DNA of 64,000 nucleotides from Candidatus Xenobia bacterium (GCA_045863235.1 BTUM01000024.1:24820-88819); one strand, 5' to 3'. Shown: positions 29,461 through 39,342, numbered from the stretch's first letter. Program-made: numbers and translations. Notes: generated by a model not told the origin, from the letters alone.

Positions 29461-31791
29461 ATGCCCATTGAGCCACTCTCCCCCCGGAGCCTTCGTCAGG
29501 TCTGTCGGCCGGAGGAGATCCCCTTTCAGACCACCGCCGAGGTGGGCGGAGAGGTTGAGATCATCGGCCAGGCTCGGGCCAGTGAGGCGGTGCGCTTCGG
29601 CGCCGCCATCGAGCATGAGGGCTACAATCTGATGGCCCTGGGACCCGAAGGGATCGGCAAGCAGACCCTGCTGGGCCAGGTGCTCAAGCGCCTCGCTCGC
29701 CAGGCTGCCACTCCTGAGGACTGGTGCTACGTGATGAACCACCAGGCCCCCAATCGCCCACGGGCTCTGTCTCTGCCGCCCGGTCGCGGCTCCCAACTCA
29801 AGCTCGACCTGGAGCGTGCGGTGGCTTCCCTGCATCGCTCGATGCCGGTAGCTTTTGCCAGCCAGGAGTACCGCACCCGAAGACAACGCCTGGACCGGCA
29901 GCTCGAGGAGCGCCAGGACGCGATTCTCGAGCCGGTTCGGCAGCAGGCTCTGGGTCTGGGGATTGATGTGAGTCGTTCCGAGTCTGGCGTGGTGCTCTCA
30001 CCTCTGGACGAGCTCACTGAGGAGCAGCACGAGGCCCTTCAGTCCAGCATGGAGAGGGTGGAAGCCGAGGTGGAGACCCTGTTTGCCAGTTTCCACCTCA
30101 TCGAGCGAGAGCACCAGGAGTCGCTGGAGCTCTTGCATACCGAGACTGCCGCTCCGGTGGCCCGTCAGGCAATCGACGAGTTGCGTTGCGCCTACGCTGA
30201 GCTTCCCGAGGTGTTGGCCTACCTGGACTCTGTGGAGCAGGATGTGGTCAAGAACTTCCCGGCCGAGCCCGAGGAAGGGGACGAGGGGATCGACGAGAGC
30301 CGTTTTCAGGTCAACGTGGTCATCGACCAGCATGGTCGCACGGGCGCTCCGCTCATCTATGAAGACCATCCCACCTGCTCCAACCTGGTGGGGCACGTGG
30401 AGCAGATTTCTCAGCTCGGAACCCTGGTGACCGACTTTACTCTGATCCGCCCCGGTGCCCTGCATCGGGCCCGTGGTGGCTACCTGCTGCTGGATGCGGC
30501 CCGGGTGCTGGATCACCCCTCGGCCTGGAAGGCCCTCAAGCGCGCCCTGAGAACCGGCAAGATTCGCCCCCGTACTTCCAATCCGTCCGGAGGCCCCCGA
30601 CTCGAGCCCGAGCCGATTCCCCTGGGCCACACCAAGGTCGTTTTGCTCGGTGACCGCAGCCTGTATGAGCTGCTTGCGGGTGTGGACCCCGATGTCACCG
30701 AGCTTTTCAAGGTCGTGGTCGAGTTCGAGGAGTGCCTTGACCGCCCCGGCGCCACCGAAACCTACGCGCGTTTGCTTGCCTCCCTGGTGGCCAAGCTGGG
30801 CTTGCGTCCCTTTCACCAGACAGCTCTGGCCCGACTGATCGAGGAGGCCTCCCGCCGCTCTGAGGATGCCGAGAAGCTGACGCTGCAGATGCGGGCCATG
30901 GCAGACCTCTTGATCGAGAGCGACTACTGGGCCACCGGCGAGGTGGTGACCGACCGGGACGTGGAGCAGGCCTTGAGCGCCCAGCGTCGCCGCGTCGGCC
31001 GAACCAGCGAGAAGATCCTCGAGCAGATCATGCGTCGCAGCGTCGCCATCGCTACCGAGGGCGAGGAGGTCGGCCAGGTCAACGGACTTTCGGTCCTGCA
31101 GGTCGGTCAGCAATGGTTCGGCTTCCCCAGTCGGATCAGCGCTCGGGTCTGGCCAGGTCGAGAAGAGCTCGTCGATATCGAGCGCGAGGTGGAGCTGGGT
31201 GGTCCGTTCCACAGCAAAGGTGTGCTCATCCTGAAGGCCTTCCTGGGTGCCCACTACGCCACCGAGAGCCCCCTGGCCTTGAGTGCCAGCCTGGCCTTCG
31301 AGCAGACCTACTCGCTGGTGGAAGGAGATAGCGCCTCCCTGGCCGAGCTCTGCGCCCTTCTTTCGGCCCTGGCCGATACCCCGCTGCGCCAGAGCCTGGC
31401 GGTGACCGGAGCGATCAACCAGCACGGCCAGGTGCAAGCCATCGGAGCAGTCAACGAGAAGGTGGAAGGTTTCTTCGAGCTGTGCAAGCAGCGCGGCCTG
31501 ACCGGTCAGCAAGGGGTGATCCTTCCGGTTACCAACCTGCAGAACCTGATGCTCTCGCCCGAGGTGGTGCAGGCCGTGGAAGCGGGGCGCTTCGCCGTGT
31601 ATGCCGTGGAGCACGTGGACCAGGCCCTCGAGCTGTTGACGGGCTGTCGCGCCGGCCAGCGTGACGGCTCGGGGCACTTTGCGCGAGGCAGCCTCAATGA
31701 AAGGGTGCAATCCCGCTTGACGGCTCTGAGTGCCTTGTCATGGCACGATGATCGGGATCATCGCGTTCTGACCCGGGGAAGGCTAAGCTGA
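29461..31791 (+). CDS. Lon-like protease (LonC/S16 type)
   Basis: GPEGIGK, PGALHRARGGYLLLDA, catalytic EGDSAS and NEKVEGFF. Confidence 0.9.
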   Translation: MPIEPLSPRSLRQVCRPEEIPFQTTAEVGGEVEIIGQARASEAVRFGAAIEHEGYNLMALGPEGIGKQTLLGQVLKRLARQAATPEDWCYVMNHQAPNRPRALSLPPGRGSQLKLDLERAVASLHRSMPVAFASQEYRTRRQRLDRQLEERQDAILEPVRQQALGLGIDVSRSESGVVLSPLDELTEEQHEALQSSMERVEAEVETLFASFHLIEREHQESLELLHTETAAPVARQAIDELRCAYAELPEVLAYLDSVEQDVVKNFPAEPEEGDEGIDESRFQVNVVIDQHGRTGAPLIYEDHPTCSNLVGHVEQISQLGTLVTDFTLIRPGALHRARGGYLLLDAARVLDHPSAWKALKRALRTGKIRPRTSNPSGGPRLEPEPIPLGHTKVVLLGDRSLYELLAGVDPDVTELFKVVVEFEECLDRPGATETYARLLASLVAKLGLRPFHQTALARLIEEASRRSEDAEKLTLQMRAMADLLIESDYWATGEVVTDRDVEQALSAQRRRVGRTSEKILEQIMRRSVAIATEGEEVGQVNGLSVLQVGQQWFGFPSRISARVWPGREELVDIEREVELGGPFHSKGVLILKAFLGAHYATESPLALSASLAFEQTYSLVEGDSASLAELCALLSALADTPLRQSLAVTGAINQHGQVQAIGAVNEKVEGFFELCKQRGLTGQQGVILPVTNLQNLMLSPEVVQAVEAGRFAVYAVEHVDQALELLTGCRAGQRDGSGHFARGSLNERVQSRLTALSALSWHDDRDHRVLTRGRLS

Positions 31792-31795
31792 AGCT

Positions 31796-32341
31796 ATGAA
31801 CGTGCTGGTTCCTCTGGATGGCTCGAGTCTGGCCGAGGAGGTGCTGCCGTTGCTGCTGGCATTCTCTCCCCAAGAGCGCGTCCTGTTACTGCGGGTCGTG
31901 CCTCAGGTGGCCGGCAGCTCGAGCTGTCCCGACGCGCCCGACTGGTCGGATCGCAATACCGCTCGCGAGCTCGATGAGCTGCTGGCCGAAGCGCGCGCCT
32001 ATCTGGCCCGGGTCGCCGCCAGTCTGCCCAGGCCGGTTGAGACCCGAGTGCTGGTCGGCCATCCTGGCCAGGCTATCGTGGACGCTGTCCTGCGCTGGGA
32101 TATCGAGCAGGTCATCATGAGCTGTCGCTGGCGCACCGAATCGTGGGGGCAAACGGCAGATTGGGCCTGGCACCACAGCCCCTGTCCGGTGGTCTTGCTG
32201 CGGACGGGTGAGAGCATCTCGCCGGCCGAGGATTCGCCGGCCAGCCGACTCTCAGCCCGCATCGACGAGCTGCAGCGCCAGGTGCATCGCCAGCAGGAGC
32301 AGCTCGGCCGTCTGCAGCGCCTGGTGGTGGAGTCACACTGA
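31796..32341 (+). CDS. Universal stress protein
   Basis: VLVPLDGSSLAE, GHPGQAIV, SPCPVVLLR. Confidence 0.85.
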   Translation: MNVLVPLDGSSLAEEVLPLLLAFSPQERVLLLRVVPQVAGSSSCPDAPDWSDRNTARELDELLAEARAYLARVAASLPRPVETRVLVGHPGQAIVDAVLRWDIEQVIMSCRWRTESWGQTADWAWHHSPCPVVLLRTGESISPAEDSPASRLSARIDELQRQVHRQQEQLGRLQRLVVESH

Positions 32342-32354
32342 GCCGCACGTCGCT

Positions 32355-33206
32355 TCAGCGGGTGAGGGGGAAGGCCAGCACCGGGCAACTGGCGTGGCGA
32401 GCCACCCGTTCGGTCACGCTGCCGAGCACCAGTCGCTGCATCCCGCTGCGACCGTGGGTGGCCATGGCGATCAGGTCGGCCTTCTTCTCCTCGGCCAGCG
32501 TCATGATCGCCTCGGCCGCAGGGCAGTCGAGCACACGCCGGCCGAACCGGTCCTCCGGGTCGAGCGCCTTCAGCTCGTCCTCGAGCGCGTCCAGGTAACT
32601 CTGGTAGCTGACCTGATCGAGCCGCAAGGCGCTGTGTCTTACCAGGTCCTCGCTGGCCCGCACCAGGGTCAGGTGGGCACTCTGATGGAGGTAAGGTTGA
32701 ACCCTCTGGATGACCTCGGCCGAGCCGCGTGAGCCATCCACCGGCACGATGACCTCTCGGAATCCCTGGAAGTCTGCCGCGATCTCGCCCCGACATAGCA
32801 GCACCGGACAGGGAGACTTGCGCACCGCCCCTTCGGCCACGCTGCCCAGCAACCAGCGGGCCGGGCCTGAGCGGCCGTGAGAGGCCATGCAGATCAGGCC
32901 CACGCCTTCCTCCTCAGCCTCCCGAACGATCTGATCCACCGCCTGGCCGAACAGGGCCCGCGTCGCTCCGGCCATTCCCCACCGGGTGAGCTGTCGGGCG
33001 ATGGTCTCGAGATAGTCGGAAGCCTCCTCTCGAGCCACTTTCTCGACCTGCAGCGCCAGCCCGGGAGCACCGGCCGGAATGGCCACCGAAGGGCTGACCA
33101 CGCGTACCACCACCAGCTCGCCGGACCAGAGTCGGGCCAATCCGGCGGCCAGGTCCAGTGCGTCCTCGGCCAGTTTCGAGCCATCCAGGGGGATCAGGAT
33201 CTTCAT
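32355..33206 (-). CDS. Tandem-domain universal stress protein
   Basis: Two USP domains, each with HGRSG..LGSV.E and CPVL. Confidence 0.92.
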   Translation of the reverse strand: MKILIPLDGSKLAEDALDLAAGLARLWSGELVVVRVVSPSVAIPAGAPGLALQVEKVAREEASDYLETIARQLTRWGMAGATRALFGQAVDQIVREAEEEGVGLICMASHGRSGPARWLLGSVAEGAVRKSPCPVLLCRGEIAADFQGFREVIVPVDGSRGSAEVIQRVQPYLHQSAHLTLVRASEDLVRHSALRLDQVSYQSYLDALEDELKALDPEDRFGRRVLDCPAAEAIMTLAEEKKADLIAMATHGRSGMQRLVLGSVTERVARHASCPVLAFPLTR

Positions 33207-33227
33207 GCTCTCGGGCTCCTCTTTTCG

Positions 33228-33298
33228 AATTTACGCTGGAATGGGCTCGAAGGGTAATGATCCAGGTCATCGTTCATCTTGTTGTCGGGGACTACACT
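33228..33298. promoter_or_regulatory. CRP/FNR-type box between divergent usp and CBS genes
   Basis: ATGATCCAGGTCAT at 33257-33270; TACACT 22 nt downstream (+); TAAATT 23 nt away (-). Confidence 0.65.
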
Positions 33299-33322
33299 TG
33301 AGGGCGAGGGAGGTGGACCACC

Positions 33323-33718
33323 ATGGAAATCAAGGTTGCCGACAAGATGCAGCGCGAGGTCTATTCGGCCCGCCCCGAGATGAGCCTGCGCGAGCTGATC
33401 ACCGAGCTGGTGCGAAGGGAGATTCGAGGCTGCCCGGTGGAAGACGAGCAGGGACGCCTGGTGGGGGTCATCTCCCTGAGTGACGCAGCCGTGGCCCTGG
33501 GATTCCCGCCCGAAGGCAACCCGGACCCGACCGTGGGTGACGTGATGGCCCGGGACGTGATCGGGCTCGAGCAAACCGCTCCCCTGCAGGCCGCCATCGA
33601 CCTGTTCCTCAAGCACCGGGTGCATCGTCTGATCATCACCTATCGGGGCCGCGTGGTGGGGATCCTGACTCCGTTCGATCTGATCCCGACCGAGGAGAAG
33701 AAGACCGTCTGGATCTAG
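33323..33718 (+). CDS. CBS domain pair protein
   Basis: KVADKM, PVEDEQGRLVGVISLSD, TVGDVM, VVGILTPFDL. Confidence 0.9.
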   Translation: MEIKVADKMQREVYSARPEMSLRELITELVRREIRGCPVEDEQGRLVGVISLSDAAVALGFPPEGNPDPTVGDVMARDVIGLEQTAPLQAAIDLFLKHRVHRLIITYRGRVVGILTPFDLIPTEEKKTVWI

Positions 33719-33742
33719 GAGCCCGGCTTTGCGGCCGGACTT

Positions 33743-34600
33743 CTAGATACGGTTGAGCACGCTCTTCGGCGGCTCGCGCAACCCCCATACCAGCCCCAGC
33801 CGCTCCAGCGCCTTGAGTGCAAGGTGAGTGAGGTCCAGCTCCCACCAGAAGAAGCCCTGGCGCTCGCTGCCCGGGTAGCGGTGGTGGTTGTTGTGCCACC
33901 CCTCGCCCAGGGTGATCAGGGCTAGCCAGACGTTGTTCCTGCTGCTGTCTCTGGTTTCATAGCGCCGGCTTCCGTAGATGTGGCTCAGCGAGTTGATCGT
34001 GAAGGTGCCGTGATACACCATGATGGTGCTCACGAAGTAAGCCCACACCAGCAGCTGCCAGCGCGTGGTGCCCAGGAACGGCATCCGGGTCTCGATGAAG
34101 ATACCCAGGAAGAACCAGCAGAAAGCGTAGATCCAGGTTGTCTTGTGGGGATGGCGCTCGAAGAGGTGGAGCTCGGGATAGCGGGCCAGATCGCGTACGG
34201 CCTCCAGGTTGGTCTTGGAGCTGCGATAGGTCAGGAACCAGACCGTGTGGGACCAGAGAAAGCCCCGGAGCCCTGGCGAGTGCGGATCTTGCTCGGTGTC
34301 CGCATGGCGGTGGTGGTGGCGGTGGTGGGCAGCCCACCAGAGCGGGCCGTTCTGCCCGGCGGTAGCCCCTAGCACGGCGAGCACGAACTGGAAGAGGCGC
34401 GTGGTCTGATAGGCGCGGTGCGAAAAATAGCGGTGGTAACCGGCCGTGATGCCGAACATGCGCAGGAAGTAGCTGAAGAAGCAGGCCGCCACGGCCAGCG
34501 GAGTCCAGCCCACCAGGAAGACGGCCAGGGGAGCCAGGTGCAGCATGGCGTAGGGAATTGCACCCCGGTAGTCCAACCGGTCGGTTTCGACCTCGGTCAT
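33743..34600 (-). CDS. Delta-9 acyl-CoA/acyl-lipid desaturase
   Basis: His boxes HRYFSH, HRHHH, GEGWHNNHH. Confidence 0.92.
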   Translation of the reverse strand: MTEVETDRLDYRGAIPYAMLHLAPLAVFLVGWTPLAVAACFFSYFLRMFGITAGYHRYFSHRAYQTTRLFQFVLAVLGATAGQNGPLWWAAHHRHHHRHADTEQDPHSPGLRGFLWSHTVWFLTYRSSKTNLEAVRDLARYPELHLFERHPHKTTWIYAFCWFFLGIFIETRMPFLGTTRWQLLVWAYFVSTIMVYHGTFTINSLSHIYGSRRYETRDSSRNNVWLALITLGEGWHNNHHRYPGSERQGFFWWELDLTHLALKALERLGLVWGLREPPKSVLNRI

Positions 34601-36570
34601 GAGGGCAAACTCGGGTTGTTGACCCGCGTGAGGACCAGCTGAAGATCCCCCAGCGTGCGCGTGCTGAAGCCGGCCTCGCAGTAACTGAAGTAATACTCCC
34701 AGGTGCGCAGAAAATGGCGATCCTTGCCCAGGAGCTCCTTCTTGCTCAAGAAACGCCGGCGCCACTCACGCAGGGTGCGGGCGTAATGGATGCCGATGTT
34801 CTCCAGGCTCTCGATCAAGAACCGACTGTGCTTCGTCATCGCGTTGGTGAGCGTCGTAAGGCTGGGGATGTTGGAGCCGGGGAAAATGTGTTTCTGCGTC
34901 CACTCTGCGCTGCGCCGGTAGACCTCGTAGCCCTGGTCCGGGATGGTGATGGTCTGCAACACCACCAGGCCGTCCGGCTTCAACAGCCGGTCACAGGTCG
35001 CAAAGAACTGCCCGTAATGCTCGTGTCCGACGGCCTCCAACATTTCGATGGAGACGATGCGGTCGTACTGCCCCTCTGCCTGGCGATAGTCGCACAGCCT
35101 GGCCTGAACTTGATCCTGGAGTCCCAGTTCCCGCGCCCGGTGCTGAACGTAATCGAACTGTCGCTCGGACAGCGTCAGAGTGGTGACCCGGCAACCCGTG
35201 CGCCGGGCAGCCAGCAGCGCGAAACTCCCCCAGCCGGAGCCGATCTCCAGCACGTGGTGGTGAGGGGACACGCGGGCTTTGTCCAGCACCGCCAGGAGTT
35301 TTTCTTCCTGGGCCTCCTCGAGAGTCTCGTTGCCCTTGCGAAAGAGCGCGCAGGAGTAGGTCATGCTCTCGTCCAGGAAGTGCTGGAAGAACTCGTTGCC
35401 CAGATCATAGTGCTGGCGGATGTTGCGCCGGCTACCCGGCAGGGTGTTCTTGCGCAGCAAGTGCTTGAGCCGGTTGACCCAGCGGGACAGGTGGCTGACC
35501 CAGAACTTCCTGTCGTCCACGGCCTGGCGGTTGTCCACCATGAGCTGGATGAAAGCCACCACGTCGGGGCTGTCCCAGAGCTCGAGTTGGAACGACTCCC
35601 CCAACCCCACGTCGCCGTCCAGCGCCACACGACGGAAGAAGTCGTAGTCGTTGACGATCAGCTCGGCGTTGCGGCCGCCTTTTCCTTCGAAGACCTTCTG
35701 GGTGCGGTCGGGCAGCGTCAGGGTCAGCCGGCCGGTATGGATGAGCCGGAGATAGCTCTCTACCAGCCGCTGGCAGGAGCGCTCCAGCCATCCTGGCGGC
35801 TCGGCGCGCAGAATGGTGGGGGCTTCCGGGAACGGCTTGGGCACGGGGGGCAATCCTTTCCGGTAGTGCAGTTTGGCCGCTTGCCACATGATACGGGGGA
35901 CCGTCATGGCAGCGGTAACTGGATAATGCAGCAGGGTGCCCAGATGGTTCCCCGGGCTCAACTCTCGGGGGCGACCGGTGAGAGCCGAGCGGAACAGGAC
36001 CTTCCCCCGGTCCAGGATGTGAATCTGGATGTCGAGTCTCTCGCGGGGATCGCTGAAGTGGAAGTCGTAATCTCCTTCGATGGCGTTGAAGGGGGAAACG
36101 TAGAACTCCTTGGGCACTGTGTAGCGAGCCAGCATCCCCTTGAGGGGCTCTCGAGCTTCCTTGAGAACGTACAGAAAACGCTCGCCGAAGGTGTTGTTGA
36201 CTTCGGCCAGACAGCCCACCAGCTGGTCCGCGGCGTCCCAGCAGTAGTAGAAGCTGACGGGGTTGAAAACGTAGCCCAGGTAACGAGCGCTGGTGATGAG
36301 CTGGATCCGGTGAACGCCCCCCAGCCCGTGGCTCTGCAGATGGCCCGCGAGCTTTTGTCTCAGCGTGCCGGGGCCGCGCTCGAGGTAGTCCGTGTCGTAG
36401 AACGAGCTGACCCTCAGGCGGTTGTAGCCGAAGAGGGGCGAGTTGATGCTCGGAAGCTCGTCGAGGTCCAGGCAGTAGGCATAGATGGGATAACGGAAGC
36501 CGTGCTTGACGGGGGTGAACCGCACGTGGCTGACGTGGCCGTGGTAGATGAGGCTTCTCACAACGGACAC
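34597..36570 (-). CDS. DUF1365 (UfaO-like) fused to Cfa-family fatty acyl methyltransferase (UfaM-like)
   Basis: HVRFTPVKHGFRY, FNPVSFYY, AEVNNTFGE, FYVSPF; then HYDLGNEFF, MTYSCA, LEIGSGWG, SIEMLEAVG, YCEAGF. Confidence 0.92.
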   Translation of the reverse strand: MSVVRSLIYHGHVSHVRFTPVKHGFRYPIYAYCLDLDELPSINSPLFGYNRLRVSSFYDTDYLERGPGTLRQKLAGHLQSHGLGGVHRIQLITSARYLGYVFNPVSFYYCWDAADQLVGCLAEVNNTFGERFLYVLKEAREPLKGMLARYTVPKEFYVSPFNAIEGDYDFHFSDPRERLDIQIHILDRGKVLFRSALTGRPRELSPGNHLGTLLHYPVTAAMTVPRIMWQAAKLHYRKGLPPVPKPFPEAPTILRAEPPGWLERSCQRLVESYLRLIHTGRLTLTLPDRTQKVFEGKGGRNAELIVNDYDFFRRVALDGDVGLGESFQLELWDSPDVVAFIQLMVDNRQAVDDRKFWVSHLSRWVNRLKHLLRKNTLPGSRRNIRQHYDLGNEFFQHFLDESMTYSCALFRKGNETLEEAQEEKLLAVLDKARVSPHHHVLEIGSGWGSFALLAARRTGCRVTTLTLSERQFDYVQHRARELGLQDQVQARLCDYRQAEGQYDRIVSIEMLEAVGHEHYGQFFATCDRLLKPDGLVVLQTITIPDQGYEVYRRSAEWTQKHIFPGSNIPSLTTLTNAMTKHSRFLIESLENIGIHYARTLREWRRRFLSKKELLGKDRHFLRTWEYYFSYCEAGFSTRTLGDLQLVLTRVNNPSLPS

Positions 36571-37769
36571 CCCAGGCTCTCGGCCACGGCCACGGCCGAC
36601 TTGACGGCATCCTCGTGGAAGCCGTAGCCGAAGTAGGAGCCGCAGAAGTACGTTCGGTCGCGATTCAGGCTCTTCAAGTGGGGCTGCGTCGCCACGCTGG
36701 CAGTGGTGTAGGCCGGGTGCTCATAACTGAATTCCGCGATCACGCTGCCCTCCGGATAGGGCTCGGGGCGGTTGAGCGTGACGAGATACTGGCGGTGAGT
36801 GCACAGTCCCTGGAGGCGATTCATGTGATAGCTCAGGAAGGCCGGCTCATCGGGGTGCTGGCGGGTGAAGTTCCAACTGGCCCATGCCCTCCGCTCCGGG
36901 GGCATGAGGCTCAAGTCCGTGTGGAGCACGGTGTGGTTGCGATGGTAGCTCCAGGCTCCCAGCAGGCTTTTCTCCTCCGTTGTTGGGTCGTTCAGGGCAC
37001 GAAGGCTCTGGTCCGCGTGGCCGGCCAGGACGACCGCGTCGAATGGCTCGCTCTGAACCTCGACCCTATCCATAAAGCGGGCTACGCGAGCCTGGACGCC
37101 TGTCCTGACGTTCAAATGGGCCAGCATCTTCCGCACGTATGTCTGGCTGCCTCCCGGGATCGTCTGCCAGACCGGGCGATCGGTCAGACTGCGCATTCCG
37201 TGGTTTTTGAAGAACGCCAGCAGGGTTGCGGCGGGGAAATCCAACATCTGGCGGGTGGGTGTGCTCCAAACCGCGGCTCCGATGGCAGTCAGGTAGTGGT
37301 GGCGGAAGAAACGACTGTAGCACCCGCGGTCGAGATAGCTCCGCAGCGTCTCTCCGGATCGGGCCGGCCCGGCCTGGTTGAACCGCAGCAGGTCGATGAC
37401 CAGTCTCAGGAAGCGCGGATCGAGCAGATTCTTGCGCTGCGCAAAGAGCCGGTTGGCGTCGTGTCCCGAGTAGCAAAGGCCACTGACCCGATCGTAGTAG
37501 CCAAAGGACATGTCCGCCGTGCGCACCGGGACGTTCAGTTGTTGGAGCACTTTCGTAAAGGTGGGATAATTTCGGTCGTTGAGCACGATGAAGCCTGTGT
37601 CCACAGGCGTTCCGGCATCGGGTCCATCCGGGAGGACGACCGTGTTGGTATGCCCGCCCGCGGAATCGTTCTGCTCGAAAACCCACACGTCGTGGCGGCG
37701 CTGCAGCAGCCAGGCCGCCGTCAGGCCGGCCACGCCTGCCCCCACGACCGCGATGCGCAGTCCGGTCAT
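36558..37769 (-). CDS. FAD-dependent oxidoreductase, amine-oxidase family (UfaD-like)
   Basis: GAGVAG, GGHTNT, VDTGFIV, YPTF, GYGFHEDA. Confidence 0.9.
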   Translation of the reverse strand: MTGLRIAVVGAGVAGLTAAWLLQRRHDVWVFEQNDSAGGHTNTVVLPDGPDAGTPVDTGFIVLNDRNYPTFTKVLQQLNVPVRTADMSFGYYDRVSGLCYSGHDANRLFAQRKNLLDPRFLRLVIDLLRFNQAGPARSGETLRSYLDRGCYSRFFRHHYLTAIGAAVWSTPTRQMLDFPAATLLAFFKNHGMRSLTDRPVWQTIPGGSQTYVRKMLAHLNVRTGVQARVARFMDRVEVQSEPFDAVVLAGHADQSLRALNDPTTEEKSLLGAWSYHRNHTVLHTDLSLMPPERRAWASWNFTRQHPDEPAFLSYHMNRLQGLCTHRQYLVTLNRPEPYPEGSVIAEFSYEHPAYTTASVATQPHLKSLNRDRTYFCGSYFGYGFHEDAVKSAVAVAESLGCPL

Positions 37770-37974
37770 GCCCACGTCTGCGTCGGCGCCAGGAAGGCGG
37801 GGGTCGGGCGCGGGGTGTTCGAGCTCAGACGAGCGAGGCCGGGCCGGTCGATATGGTTGGTGAGAGTCATCTCCCGACAGGTCCTCCGCGGCCAGGGCAT
37901 TTCCTTCAAAGTTTGCGGGAGCCCGGCCTTCAATCGCCTTCTCTCCTGCCCGGGTCAGGCGCTGAGAGGCGCCT

Positions 37975-38538
37975 TCAGCGGGGGGCCGCTTGAAAGAACT
38001 GCCACAGCCTTTGCTGAAGGTGGGAGCGCCCCCGGCTGATGCGCGAGCGCACCGTGCCCAGAGGAATCCCAAGAATATCGGCAATCTCCCGGTAGCTGAA
38101 GCCCTCCACGTCGCAGAGCAGGATGGCTGAGCGCAGCTCTTCGCTCAACTCGCTCAGGGCAGCTCGAACTTCTGCCGAAGGGCACCGATCGAAGAAAATC
38201 TTCTCAGGGTTGTCCGCCAGAATCCTCTCCTGCTCGAGTAACCGGTCGTGCAGGAAGAACTCGCTCGCCTCGTCGAGGGAGATGTTCTCCTGGCGGGTCG
38301 AGGGTGAGCGCAGGCGCTGCCGGTGCAAATTGTGGAGGATGGCAAAGAGCCAGGACTTGCAGTTGGACCCCTCCCGAAACTGATAAAAGAAGCGATAGGC
38401 TCGCTCATAGGCCTCCTGAAACAGATCCTCGGCCTGGGAATCGTCCCTACAGAGGCGGCGGGCGAAGCGATAGAGCGCCTCGGCATGAACCAGAGCTTCC
38501 CGGTCGAAGCGCTCGCGTATGGTTTCGGACCTGGGCAT
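37975..38538 (-). CDS. ECF RNA polymerase sigma factor
   Basis: AEDLFQEAY, KSWLFAILHN, DVEGFSYREIADILGIPLGTVRSRISRGR. Confidence 0.92.
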   Translation of the reverse strand: MPRSETIRERFDREALVHAEALYRFARRLCRDDSQAEDLFQEAYERAYRFFYQFREGSNCKSWLFAILHNLHRQRLRSPSTRQENISLDEASEFFLHDRLLEQERILADNPEKIFFDRCPSAEVRAALSELSEELRSAILLCDVEGFSYREIADILGIPLGTVRSRISRGRSHLQQRLWQFFQAAPR

Positions 38539-39304
38539 CGACGGTAAAGCGCTCGGGAAGCGGGCGAATCCAGCCTGCTTGAAGCTCGCCTTGCAGCGCC
38601 ACCCATTTACGCATCTCAGGTTCATGAACGCGCGCCACGAGGCCGTAGAGCCAGCCCTCGCTCTCCCAGACCAGCACATTGTATCCCTGGTAACGGTGAA
38701 TGGCCGGTTTCTCCGGGAAGCTGGCGATCCCCTTGAGTTCGGCCCGCGGCAAAGCATAGAGAGAGACCTGGATTTGATCTGGGTCCAGATACATCAAATG
38801 CGGCCCGCGGGCACCCTCGGCCACCGGGCAATCGCGTCGGTCCACCGGGGTCAGAGTAGCTGGCCACCTGGGTGGTATGGGGAGCTTGCTGGCAGAGTGA
38901 GCTAACATCCACCTTTCGAACTGCTCTGTCTTCGCCCGGGTGTTCTGGATGTGGAAGCAGCCCTCGTGGTGGCGTACCATATCGGCTACCAGCGGGTTGA
39001 CCTGGGGCTTGCCCCAGAGGAAGAAAGCGATCGCCAGGGCAGCTGCCAGCACCAGAAAGCCCACTCGAGAGGGGCTGTAGCGCTTTCGTCTGGAAACGAC
39101 GACCCCGTCGAGCCGCGACGCCAGGCGGTCTGTCAGGCCGTCGGGGAGGGGAGGCTCGTATTCGGCCTGCCGCATTCTCTCTGCCAGCGAGCGAGCAAAT
39201 GCGGCACGGCGGCGGCAATCGACGCAACCGAGCAGGTGCTGCTCCACCTCCGGGTCGGGGTTCAGCAGGCGAGGTGCGAACTTGTGGCAGTTGGACGATG
39301 TCAT
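38447..39304 (-). CDS. Zinc-binding transmembrane anti-sigma factor
   Basis: HLLGCVDC (HxxxCxxC), single TM, extracytoplasmic domain. Confidence 0.8.
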   Translation of the reverse strand: MTSSNCHKFAPRLLNPDPEVEQHLLGCVDCRRRAAFARSLAERMRQAEYEPPLPDGLTDRLASRLDGVVVSRRKRYSPSRVGFLVLAAALAIAFFLWGKPQVNPLVADMVRHHEGCFHIQNTRAKTEQFERWMLAHSASKLPIPPRWPATLTPVDRRDCPVAEGARGPHLMYLDPDQIQVSLYALPRAELKGIASFPEKPAIHRYQGYNVLVWESEGWLYGLVARVHEPEMRKWVALQGELQAGWIRPLPERFTVDAQVRNHTRALRPGSSGSCRGALSLRPPPL

Positions 39305-39316
39305 CGCCAACTGCAT

Positions 39317-39342
39317 AATGCTCCGAGCCGGGCGGAAGTTCC
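39317..39342 (-). promoter_or_regulatory. Putative ECF promoter (possibly autoregulatory)
   Basis: GGAAC-N17-CATT directly upstream of the anti-sigma start. Confidence 0.45.
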
